NCBI GenBank assembly: GCA_965153455.1
Contig: OZ234493.1
Location: 22,930,213-22,994,212 of the forward strand
Length of the DNA stretch: 64,000 nucleotides
Source: Sphagnum compactum
Lineage: Eukaryota
Direction: 5' to 3'
Position numbers and translations under genes: made by a program. Below are positions 15,036 through 29,686 of this stretch, one piece after another. Numbering within the stretch: position 1 is the first letter of the stretch; every line of letters begins with the position of its first letter. The notes beneath the pieces are model-generated. The model was not told the DNA's origin, did not search any database, and saw only the letters and a program-made list of their open reading frames with translations.

Positions 15036-15620
15036 TCTAATATATTAATTCAGTTAGTCTATGCGTGCGTCTGTCTGTGACCACTGGACGCAGAGAAAAG
15101 TGACGGGAACTGTCTGTGACCACTGGACGCAGAGAAAAGTGACGGGAACTGTCTGTGACCACTGGACGTAGAGAAAAGTGACGGGAACTGTCTGTGACCA
15201 CTGGACGCAGCCAACAAGGGGGGGCCAGCAGGGGGGGGGGGGGGCCAGCACGGGTCTGTCCGTCTGTCTGTGACCACTGGACGTAGAGAAAAGTGACGGG
15301 ACTGTCTGTGACCACTGGACGCAGCCAGCAAGGGGGGGCCAGCAGGGGGGGGGCCAGCACGGGTCTGTCCGTCTGTTTGTGACCACTGGACGCAGAGAAA
15401 AGTGACTGGACTGTCTGTGACCACTGGACGCAGCCAACAGGGGGGGCCAGCACGGGGGGGGCCAGTAGGTGCCAATTTGAGGGGCCAATTTCGAAGTACC
15501 AATTCGAGGAGACAAAAACCCAGATCCCGTCTGTCAATGTCCTGAAACCTAGATCTCGTTTGTCTGTCGAGGTCCTGAAATCCAAATCTCGTCTGTCAAG
15601 GTCCTGAAACATAGATCCCA
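15036..15620 (+). mobile_element. Helitron-like 5' end carrying a GC-rich higher-order minisatellite
   Basis: A|TCTAATATATTAATT...GCGTGCGTCTGTCTGT start (5' TC after A). It is followed by 8 copies of GTGACCACTGGACG in 39-bp units alternating with G-run units, and then three GTCCTGAAA..AGATC repeats. No matching 3' end was found nearby. Confidence 0.55.
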
Positions 15621-16089
15621 AATTGTAAAAGTAAAATAACCACCCAAAAACCTGCCTGGCTCCTCTTTTTCGGGTTTTCGTGAAACCCGGCAGTTCTGTG
15701 AGGTTTTTTTGAAATAACCAGAACCGACATCAGTTCTTTGATTCTGAATTTTTTTTCAAATACTTGGAACTTGTGATTATTTGACTCCGAGTTTTAATTT
15801 TTTTAAATCCCATTTTACAAATACCCAGACGTGGAGGTTATTCAACATATCAAATACCCACCCAACACTGCTTATATAGTACACAGACAGAACAACAACA
15901 AGAGTTATTAATTGGTTGAAATAATTAACGGGTACCCATTAGTAGAAAATAGAAAGGTGAAAGGATATTTGTGTAAATAAGAACATAGGTTTCCATAACT
16001 ATGTAATAAACATACATAATTTCAGTCCTATACTTGCTTGTTGGTTTACATGTACATTAGATGGTTTAAATCTTTCAAAACTATGACCA

Positions 16090-17420
16090 ATAATGTGAAA
16101 AAAAGGAATTTGAGATGTGACAAAAAAAAATCTCATTCATTTGGACAAGATAATGCATCTATGGATACCATCATCTAATAGTAAAAATTTTCATAATGTG
16201 AAAAAAAAAAACCCAACCACATAGGTTGCTATCATCCGTAGATGACATTAGATGAAAATCATCCACAACAAACAAATATTAAAAAGAAATAACAAATGAT
16301 TCATTAGTGAACAATCTATCATCTTGGATCATCTATGGAAAGGGTCCATTGGAAGGTTCTAATATTCAAAAACGATGATTGATAACGTGAGGAAAAAAGG
16401 AACCTGAGAACACAATTAAAAAAAAAACTTTCGTATGTTTGGACCAAGTAATGTTATCATCCATGGATACCATCATAATAAAATCCAAAATTTCATAATG
16501 TGGGGGAAAAAACCACATAGGTTATCTATCATTTGTAGCTAAGACCGGATGAAAATCATCTGTAATGACAAACTCAAAAAGCAGACAACAAACAAACCAC
16601 GTGCCTAGTGTGTTCAAAGGGGTACACTAGATGATTCAAATCTTGCAAAAGGATGATCGATAACAAGAGGAAGAAAGGAACTTGAGATGCAAAAGAAAAA
16701 ATCTCACCCATTTGGACCTGACAATACATCTACAAATACCATCATCCAAGAGTACAAACTCCCGTAATGTGAAGAAAAAACCATCTATGTTATCTATGGC
16801 CCATAGATGATACCAGATGAGCATCATCCACTACAAACAAATTCACTGAAATACAAACAACAAAGGATTCACTAATGAACAGTCCAAAATATTCTATCGT
16901 CCTAAGAAAGGATACATTGGATGGTTGAGATCTTCCAAGACAATGATTGATAGCGCTAGGAAAATAGGAACCTGAGAACACAATAGAAAAACTCTCATTT
17001 GTCTGGACCGGACAACGTTATCATCTACGAATACCATCAGCTAAGAGTTCAAAATCCCGTAATGTGAAATGAAATCACCCACGTTATCTATCATCTGTAG
17101 ATGACGCCAGATGAGAATCATCCACAACAAACAAACACAGAAAAACAAGCAAGAATGGCTTCACCAGCGAATGGTCCAAAATCCTCTATCATCCAATGAC
17201 ACGGTACATTGGACAGTTCAGATCTTCCAAGACGACGATTGACGACGCAAGGAAAAAAGGAACCTGAGACACGACAGAAAAATAAAATCATCCGTCTGGA
17301 CCAGACACCCCATCTACGAATACCATCATCCAAGAGTACAAATTCCCGTGGTGTGTGGGAAAAAAAAACCACGTAGTTATCTATCATCCGTGGACGAGGC
17401 TAAATGAGAGTCATCCACTG
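16090..17420. repeat. ~290-bp tandem repeat, about 4.5 copies, directly upstream of RPT3
   Basis: GGAACCTGAGA/GGAATTTGAGA occurs at ~16105, 16399, 16677, 16967 and 17259. ATACCATCATC and GATGA..ATCATCCAC recur with the same period. Confidence 0.88.
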
Positions 17421-17620
17421 CAGTTCACTTTCTCGCTCGATGATGAGCCCGCTTGCGCGCTTGTTTGTTGTTGCGAGAGTTGTGTGATTTTGCTGAGAGA
17501 TTTGTGTGGAATTTTCCGCTGTTTGCACAGAATTGCGCGAGCAGATCGAGGACAAGAAAGACAGAAACAGAGAGAGAGAAACAGAGGAAAGGGCCATATG
17601 TGACAGAAAGAGAAGGAGAA

Positions 17621-20946
<3,326 letters not shown>

Positions 20947-21649
20947 ATGAAGTGACCCTTTTCTGGTTACTTGCTGACAAAATTCTTGTGTGGGTCATCT
21001 ATCTCTCTGTTCTTAAGTCTTTGTCCATGGTGACAGATCGTGTCCTTTTCAAAAATAATAATTGGCATGATGAACAAAGCAATCTTAGTTGTAACCAATT
21101 ACATTTTCCAATTGATCCTTGATGCTCAATTATCTTTCATTTGGTTTATATTATTCTTTCACATGTGCAATTGAGTTCAACCAAACAAGTTTCTTCATTC
21201 ATGGGGCCATGATAAAAAATACATTGTTGTGCATCTTTTAACAATAACATGTTGAAAATGAAATTTCATTTCTAGGTATATAACCATTATGATTTCAAAA
21301 CTTATAAACGCCAACCCTATCACTCTATTTCCACACTTTCAACCGATTCCAGATGTGTAGCATCAAAGGACAACTTATAATGAGTATTGTAGGTAGCCTA
21401 AATCACTTCCTTCTATGAGTTAGTCTAATAAATAGTATTGCGATTAAACTCTTATACCCACTTAAACCTCATGTTTCATAATCAAATATCAAACAAGAAT
21501 ACTTAATATATGTTTTTAAATCATGTTATACATCAACAAATATAATTTATATACCTATGCAAAATAGTTCTAACCGCTTGGGCTATTAATTTATCTACAT
21601 GTTACAATTTTAAAACATATTTAAAATGTTTCACATGAGGAAAAACACT

Positions 21650-22034
21650 ACTTGCATTCTAGAACAAGTAGAATTTCATTTGGACGCTTCCGAAATGAAT
21701 CTTTTACAACGTGTATTGCAAATTTTCTTTTAAACTCTTGAAATAAATATTGGCAAGTTCCACACCAATGTGACCTTCAAGAAGCTCTCCAAATGCAGAC
21801 CTCAAAGTGTTTGAGATCATGTTACCATACAATTCAGGATTTTCCAAAAATGATTGCCCGACCTTGCTCAAATATTTCACTAGCAATGATTGTTTCTCGC
21901 ACTTCAAACTTTTGTATCATAAATACATTTGATTTTTTCACTGTCATATGAATTTCTTTTGCACTTGGATAATAGACTGGAAAGTTGAAAGAATCCCTTA
22001 ATTCCCTTAATTCTTCAATGGTCAAGCCCTGCAT
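21650..22034 (-). pseudogene. SABATH-family carboxyl methyltransferase terminal-exon relic
   Basis: CAG acceptor followed by GLTIEE..RDSFNFPVYYPSAKEI...FMIQKFE, then a frameshift into YGNMISNTLRSAFGELLEGHIGVELANIYF. This resembles the SABATH C-terminal DSFNxPxYxPSxxE and RAxxExLLxAHFG motifs. Upstream exons were not recognised. Confidence 0.72.
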
Positions 22035-22258
22035 TCATATTTTGATTTTGTATTAATTATTATGTAAAATGAGGTAATATGAATGGATACCATCAACCTT
22101 GGTAAATGTTTATGATATGATCATAGTGTACTTGAAAAAATAGAATAGAATATATGCACAATTTGAATTGTATGTTAATACATGTAATATTTGCTCCTTA
22201 TTATAACTTTATATTATTTGTATAATATAATCAAATATTGGTTAAGAGAGTAAAGCCT

Positions 22259-23410
22259 TTTACATTGAAGAATGGTAAATTGTATAGAATGGGCTAAGAC
22301 AACAAACTGCGAAGATGTTTGACAACTACAAAAACATAGATGGTGATGAAAGAACTGCATGAAAGACCATTAAGAGGTCATTTTACAATTGAAATCACAT
22401 AGGGGAAGATATTGGATGTGGGATATTGGTGGCCAACTATGTACAAAGATGTGCATGACTACTAAAGATCTTGTGATGCATGCTAAATAATAGGAGGATT
22501 GGCGATTCAAAGTCTTACAAAGCTGGTCACACGTCTTCCAGAGGAACCATTTATGAAATGGGAACTTGATTTTGTGGGGCCAATTAAGCTAGTAGGTAGA
22601 TGTACAAGAAACAAATACATTATTGTAGCCACAAATTATGCTATCAAGTGGGTGGAAGTAAGAGCATTGAGAATTAATACTATAGTAATAACAACAAAAT
22701 TTATGTATGAGTGCATATAAACCATGTTTGGATGTCCTTTGATTATAATCACAAATCAAGGAGTTTTAATTCATTAATGATGCCATCAAGTATTTGACAT
22801 ATCATTTTCTGTTGAAACATCTGAGTTCTATAACTTATTATCCTCAAGGGAATGGGCAAGCTGAGTCTACTAACAAGGCACTTGGGACACTCTTGACCCA
22901 AGTTAGTTAGTGAAAATAGAACAAATTGGGATGAACATCTGTCAACATTGTTATTTTCATATAGAACTACATATAAAGTAGCAACACGGTATACACCATA
23001 TCAATTAGTGTATGGATTACATCCATTGATGCCCATAGAGTACATAGTGCCAATTGTTGGTGGAAATCATTAAGATAATACTTTAGTGAAAGTTTTAACT
23101 AGCAGAATTTCACAGTTGGAGAAGTTGTAGGAGGCTAAGATGCAGGCTACAGAAACTACTAATATTCAACAGTGTAATAGAACGTTATGGAGTCAACAAA
23201 AGAATCCAAAAAAATAGTTCAATTTTGGTGATTATGTTTTGTGGTTTCTAAAAGGAAATAAGTCACACATAGGGAAGTTTACTAGGAAATGGTTTGGACC
23301 ATATAGAATACAATATGTGTTGTCAAATAACACTATGTTATTGGTGACAATTGAAAAGTTTGAAACTAATCCTGGGCTGGTCAATGTGAATAAGTTCAAG
23401 CCATATAATA
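22259..23410 (+). mobile_element. Decayed Ty3/gypsy LTR-retrotransposon integrase
   Basis: HHCC zinc finger (ELHE..GHF..GYWWPTMYKDVHDY*RSCDAC), rve core ([41 protein letters not shown]) and GPY/F-type RKWFGPY. Many stops and frameshifts. Confidence 0.9.
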
Positions 23411-25517
23411 CATGGAATTTGAGATTCAGAAACAATAACAACAAATGCCAACATACTAGGAACAGAGTGCAAGTGGACTTTAAGAGGAGGATTCTGATAT
23501 AGAGGTGGAAGATGAAGACTATACAACACAAAAACCACAAATGGGGGACAATGACAAAAAAAAACAAATGGAAGACCCAAAGGTCAAAACAATATTGACT
23601 TCAAAATTTCGGATGACCAACAAATTGTTGAACAATAACTACAAAAGCAAAGAATCTGGGATACAAAAATTTGAAGTTGGTGTATAAGGGGTATGAGCTA
23701 AATCAACATCTATATTCACACAATCATCATATGTGTGGGCATAGTCAGTGGATTTATTAACATAGTCAACAAATGTATTAGCACAGTCGACAGAAGGTAT
23801 ATAGGGAGAACGACATGGAGTTAATACACCTAATTTTGGAAAAATATGGATGTAGAACAATTGGAAGATGAGATCTGAGGCATTCATTCATAATGATCAT
23901 GTGACGTGCTTCCACGTGGCTATACAAAGGACACAAAAAGTGGTAGTGATGGGCTGTCATAATTTCAAGGATGAGGCATTGATTAAAAGATGACAAGCAG
24001 GTCAAAAAATGAATGGGACGGGCGGGAAGCTCAAGGAAAAAAATAAACGAAATAACTGTCGAAAGTTGTTTTCATTTGTTGTCGGAAGTTGTGTGTGTTT
24101 TTGAAGTTTTGGAGTTCATAGAAGCATGAGTGTGGAAAGCATGTTAAAAAATTTACAGAGAATATCAAAGGAGAAGGAAGCATAGAAGAGTGAGCACAGA
24201 CGGAAATAGGAGGAGGAAGCGGAACTGTTGAAAAAAAAGAAGCAGAAGAAAAGTTGAGAAGAGTATAACTGCTAGAGTGTTAAACATTTAGCCATTGGTA
24301 GTAAACTCATTGCCATATTCACCATCATCTTTAGAGTGTGAAGAAGGCAAAGTGTACAATGAAAAGATGTAATTTGTGCATACGATAATTCAAGATATGC
24401 ACAAATTCAGAACATCTATAGTTGAGTTTTTGCGCAAATGTAAAAGAGGTTGAAGTTCAAATCAGCAGCAGGACCAAGAGTTACATCAATGGATCTGGTG
24501 TACATTGATGAATCGAAAGAAGACGAAGGTGTGGAGTAGCAATTTGTGGAAACACAAGCAACGTAGAAGGACGCATAAGAGGATGTATTTGAGGTGGGAG
24601 TGCAGCCATCAATAGAAGTGTAGAAAGTTGACAAAAGTGCAACCAAGTGCGATGGAGATTGATATGAGTGCACAAAGAAATGGGATCAACTGCAATAACC
24701 ATATCTAACCAAACACTATTGATATAACCTAACTTAATGGCATAACCTTCCATAAACAAATAATACATGTATGACCATATCAACCAAACATTATCAAAAT
24801 AACCCTATGTAAGCAAATATTATTTTTATAACCTAACAAATTGAACATTATCTATATACTTCATTTTATATGTGCTTCTTATTCAGATATATTTTCGGAG
24901 TGAATTAAAAGACCTTCTTATGAAATGAATTATTGAAAGTAGCATGCTATTACCACATCTAAAACATTATCTAAAGCATTAAATATTAGTTGACCACAAG
25001 GCAAAATGATCTGTTTCCAATGGAAGTTGCATGCTCTCCATTGCTTTCAAGGTTTTTAACAACAAAATCAAGTTTAACAACTATGAATTATGTTGCACTA
25101 GTTGATCCTAATATAATGTCATGAGCATATCTTTTTAAATCCATATAGTCGATTGTCACTAATGTGCCCAATATTCAGTCATGAAAATTGACAGATTATA
25201 TTTGGGAATGTCACCACCAACAAATCCTAAGAGCATATTTTGCATTTGCTAGCTATTCCTTAACCAATGATTGTTTGCCCAAAATACTAATAATAGTAAT
25301 ATTTGAGGTTATGGAATATAAAAATAGTGTGAAAAATTCCATAATAAATAATTCAAAGCAAATTGCATCAACAACAAACTTGGCTTTTATTGCAAGGATT
25401 TAAGCCTTTAGCTTGGGGGGGGGGGGGGATTTTGCCAAATTTCCACCTGACAACTATGATTACAACCTATACAAATAATTTTCTATGGAAAAATTGACCC
25501 AAATTCATCAAAATTTG

Positions 25518-25858
25518 AAAAAAATTCCTCCAAATTGCCAGATTTTTATGATAAGTTCCAATAGGTAACTAATAATATGAAAAGATTTTGGTTTTTTTAA
25601 AAACTTTCATATCTAGTATGTAGCTAAATTTGATTAAATTATCTTATGGACAATACCAATTCAACTACATCACAATCTTGAAAAAAATAATTCCTCCAAA
25701 TCTCCAGATTTTTATGATAAGTTCCAATTAGGTAACTAATAATATGAAAAGATTTTGGTTTAAAAAAAAACTTTCATATCTAGTATGTAGCTAAATTTGA
25801 TTAAATTATCTTATGGACAATCCAATTCAACTACATCACAATATTGAAAAAAAAAAAC
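25518..25858. repeat. Near-identical ~165-bp tandem duplication
   Basis: ATTCCTCCAAAT..CCAGATTTTTATGATAAGTTCCAAT..AACTACATCACAAT occurs twice in succession with only a few indels. Confidence 0.85.
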
Positions 25859-28800
25859 CCTGCCTTTAGGGTTAAGGTTTAATCTGTTGGGATTTATGAT
25901 TTGAGCAAGAAGGATACATTATCAGGTCGAGCTGAAGAATTACATACATTGCATTCTAGGACATCGAAGTGTAATCGGAAAGGATCCAATGTTTGCATTG
26001 TGAAGGCAAACAATTTTCCACACCATAAACTTGTTGCCTAGGATCATGAACAAGAATTAGGGTAAATGGCTGTATGATGGGTTGCATGACGATGGTAGAT
26101 CAAAATTCGAGGTGATGATGATATAGTTGTTTCATAGTGGTTGAAATATTCATTCACAAAAAAAAACTTGAACCTAGTGAGCATGTTGATCACTAAAGTG
26201 GTTTGTTTCTTAGGGACATTGCCTATAGCATGTTCATTTGCTAAATCACCAATTGAGTCTTCATCAATTTTGTGTTTGTCTTCGGGCATTCCCAAATTCT
26301 CTTGCAAAACAATTTTATCTATGAAAACAATGAACCTTGATGAGTTTTTACTTAATTATAGTATTTTCTTAGTTTGTAGCCTAGTTAATGATAAGTTAAT
26401 GGTGACAAGCTTTTTTTTATGCCTTTGGTTTTGTCCTGGGTTAGATTTAGTAGGTTCGACACTTGTTTATTTCATGCAATTTTGAAGAGCAATGGACATT
26501 TAGCAATTTAAAATTGGAATTCCAATGTGTATTAGAAGGTATGTTTCTTTTTTGATCCTTGCATTCTTGTCATGTTTTGGGGTTCAGGGTTTCATCATGG
26601 ATTTAAGATTCATGGGTTTTATCATTTATAGGACTTCATGGGTTTCATGGTCTTATGGAGCAATGAAAGCCGGTTTCAAATTTTTTGAGTTCATTTCAAC
26701 AATGAATAGTTGGTGATGGTCAACACTCATCAAAATTCTCCTTGTCTTCAATAGAGACATCCTTTTGAACATCACCATTATTTGTAGAACACCGAGTGTT
26801 TGCATCTTTTTATCAGGTGAGGAAAAAATTAGGAGCTCATTTTTGTCTTTTTTGTTCTATGTAGAGAAAGTTCAATTTGGTGGCTTGCTTTAAATATGTA
26901 ATTTGCCTTAGTCTTTATGATATCAAAAGCTTATGGCATTATTCACCCTGTCTAAGTTCATGTATGCAATTGCTCAGGTTTTAAGTCTAATTATAGAAAT
27001 TGCCATTTAGTATGTTTCCTTGTCAAACTTTTGTTTTCCTACTACACTTGTGAGCTAATTTGCATGTAACCATGTGATTGTCTCTTGGTTCCAATACATG
27101 ATCTATAGAACATAGGTATATGTCAACCCTACTATTGAGATGAGAAAATCTAGGTCCTAACTTGTGCATAATATATTCTAGGAATGATGATTCATCAGAG
27201 CTAGTTTAGGTAGAATGCCTAGAAGGTCCCATAGTATTTTATCCTACCAAATTCCACCTCAAAATTTGTTTAATCCATTCAAATAAAAGAGACATGGAAA
27301 TCCATTTTTTTTGGATCTATGTATTTTTGAAGTTTTCTTTTCAACACCATAATTATGAGTAAATTTTCAATATCTTCTCCATCAATTGGCATCTCATTTT
27401 TGTTCAATTGAATCATAATCCAATTATTGAATTGGAATTTAATCAAATTTCAATCAATGTATTTGAATTCAATTCAATTCAATTCAAGGTGCATGCAATG
27501 TCATTTGAATAGAACTTAATTTGCACAAAATCAATTCAATGTTTTGTCAATTGATTAGTCGATTGTCACTAATAATGCATCGCAGCGTAGAGCCCAAGTT
27601 TGATAATTATGGAATCGTAGGTATTCATCTGAAATAACCTCTACAACAAATTTAAACATCATCAAGTAAACAGTCATTTCATTTGGTGTTAAACCCAATG
27701 TTATCGAATCAATTAATTCTCTGATCAATGCTGAACATGGTTTTTGGTTAGTCCTTTAGAGCAATTGAAAATTTGATTGAAATCCTAAAATCTATTGAAG
27801 AAAGACTTGTGTTTATAACTTCCCACCATGTCTAACATACTATCCATAAAAATCAATAAACTTTCCTTATTACTACAATCAATTTTCAAAAATCTTGCTT
27901 CCCATTCCTTCTATTAAGCACCACATTTTTATGTTTGTATGCTCGTTTAGAAATGTTTCAAATTTAAACTTCTACATTAAATGATGATTATAAGCTTGAT
28001 GAAGTTGCAGAGAAATCTCCACAACTAGTAAATGATGATTATAAATCCAAAAGAAATTAAGCTTGATATCTACAATAATCCACAAGTTCAAAATGTATAT
28101 CATAGGTTCAATTCTCAATATCCAATTACATAAAAACATGAATTCAAAAACTCTACATTCAACGACAATATTAAATCAGCAAAACATTAAGCTTAAAATA
28201 TGCAATGACATCACTGCACCTTCAATCATGGACTAAAACAAAGCCAAGGAAGGCTTAAAAGACCAAGCATACACTAAAAACATACACATAAAATTATAGC
28301 AGGAAAAAACAAACCTAAATTCTGTTTCATGTCACTGCAATTATATCATGAGCAGCTGAAAAGGGATAGATATGCAGATTGACAGCACCCATAGATGCAT
28401 TCTAACAATCTGTGATGGTTTCCATTCAAGAATGTCTTTTGATAACTGCCAAGAGTTTTCATTTCTTCAGGAGATTGAAGTTTTTTACCCATTTCACCAG
28501 TTTTGCCACAACAGTTCAACATTCAACACACACACACAACTCTTTGAGACCTGCCCAAAAATACCTTACAAAGCAAAGAAACTGAGACACACAATCATTT
28601 ACTGTCTACTGAGTTGATAAGAGAAAAGATAGGGAAAAAGAAAGCTCTTGCAGATCATTTTTGTATGCAGACAAAACGTGTATTTACAAATTTCTTACTC
28701 TGACAGGAAAAGAAACCACCTTCCCAGAGATCCCCTCGGGGCTTATGCAAGGCTCTACCCTTGAACATGAGATGCACCTCAGCATCTCACATTCACTGTG

Positions 28801-29424
28801 ATACAAGATAATTGGCAAAATAAAAATGTGCATTATAGAATACATACAGTTGCACATCTGTGCCTGGGAAGTGCGCATTTGAGTCCAAGTGGAAAGTGGC
28901 TGACAAATACATCTGAACTGAATTGGAGAGTCGTTGGGGGACACAAGTTGTATCTAATAAGGTCATCATGGCAGCAGATACTTAAGACCCTGCACAACAA
29001 GATAATTGGATCAAAAATTGCAAATCACCCACAAAATGAAAAATCCATCTCAACACTCAAAGGACAGTAACACAATTTACAATTGTTACAAAATGCTCAA
29101 AATTGATTGCAATGCAGATGTTTGATAATCCAGCTGAAGAAATTACACCAGGCATGAATGGGCATTTTTGATTGGCAGAAGTAAGCAAGAGTCAGTCAGA
29201 CTGCTACGAAATTGCAGAGAAAAGAAATCTCCACAGCAATGACTGATAACCACCCTATGCTGGTCATAACCTTTTGAGAGCCAAGCTAATAAAGTGTCAG
29301 GCCATCACCTTCATCATGATGAATAGCAGTGAAAGACCATGTGTCTGTTGAACATGGATTTTACTTTAAATTGTGAAACCACCGCCTCAGACCTTATTAT
29401 TTGTCATGGAGTGGCCTTGCACTT

Positions 29425-29530
29425 GCCCATTATGTTGGGTAAGGCACCAGGTGAGCCCTACGTTGGGCGTGTCACCTAGGTGACACGCCCAACGTAGGGC
29501 TCACCTGGTGCCTTACCCAACATAATGGGC
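29425..29530. repeat. Perfect 106-bp palindrome (53-bp arms, no spacer)
   Basis: GCCCATTATGTTGGGTAAGGCACCAGGTGAGCCCTACGTTGGGCGTGTCACCT|AGGTGACACGCCCAACGTAGGGCTCACCTGGTGCCTTACCCAACATAATGGGC. The symmetry axis lies between 29477 and 29478. Confidence 0.97.
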
Positions 29531-29686
29531 TGGGGAGATTGATCATTCCATAGTACATTATCAAGATCATACGTGAAATATGCAGTCTGCATTTATGAAG
29601 GGCAGGGGGTGGTGTATGGGGGGTACCTGCTGGCATTGATATGTTGACCCGTTAAATGACAAAAAAAACTGGAGTCTAGGAGAGTG

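Noticed and set aside
15071-15470. CRISPR-like look of the repeated GTGACCACTGGACG core
   Set aside because: The intervening sequences are themselves repeated (only two types), there are no cas genes, and the context is eukaryotic. It is a minisatellite.
15037-15621. Three overlapping 147-194 aa minus-strand ORFs
   Set aside because: They are open only because the GC-rich repeat unit lacks stop codons. The translations are repetitive with no recognisable domain.
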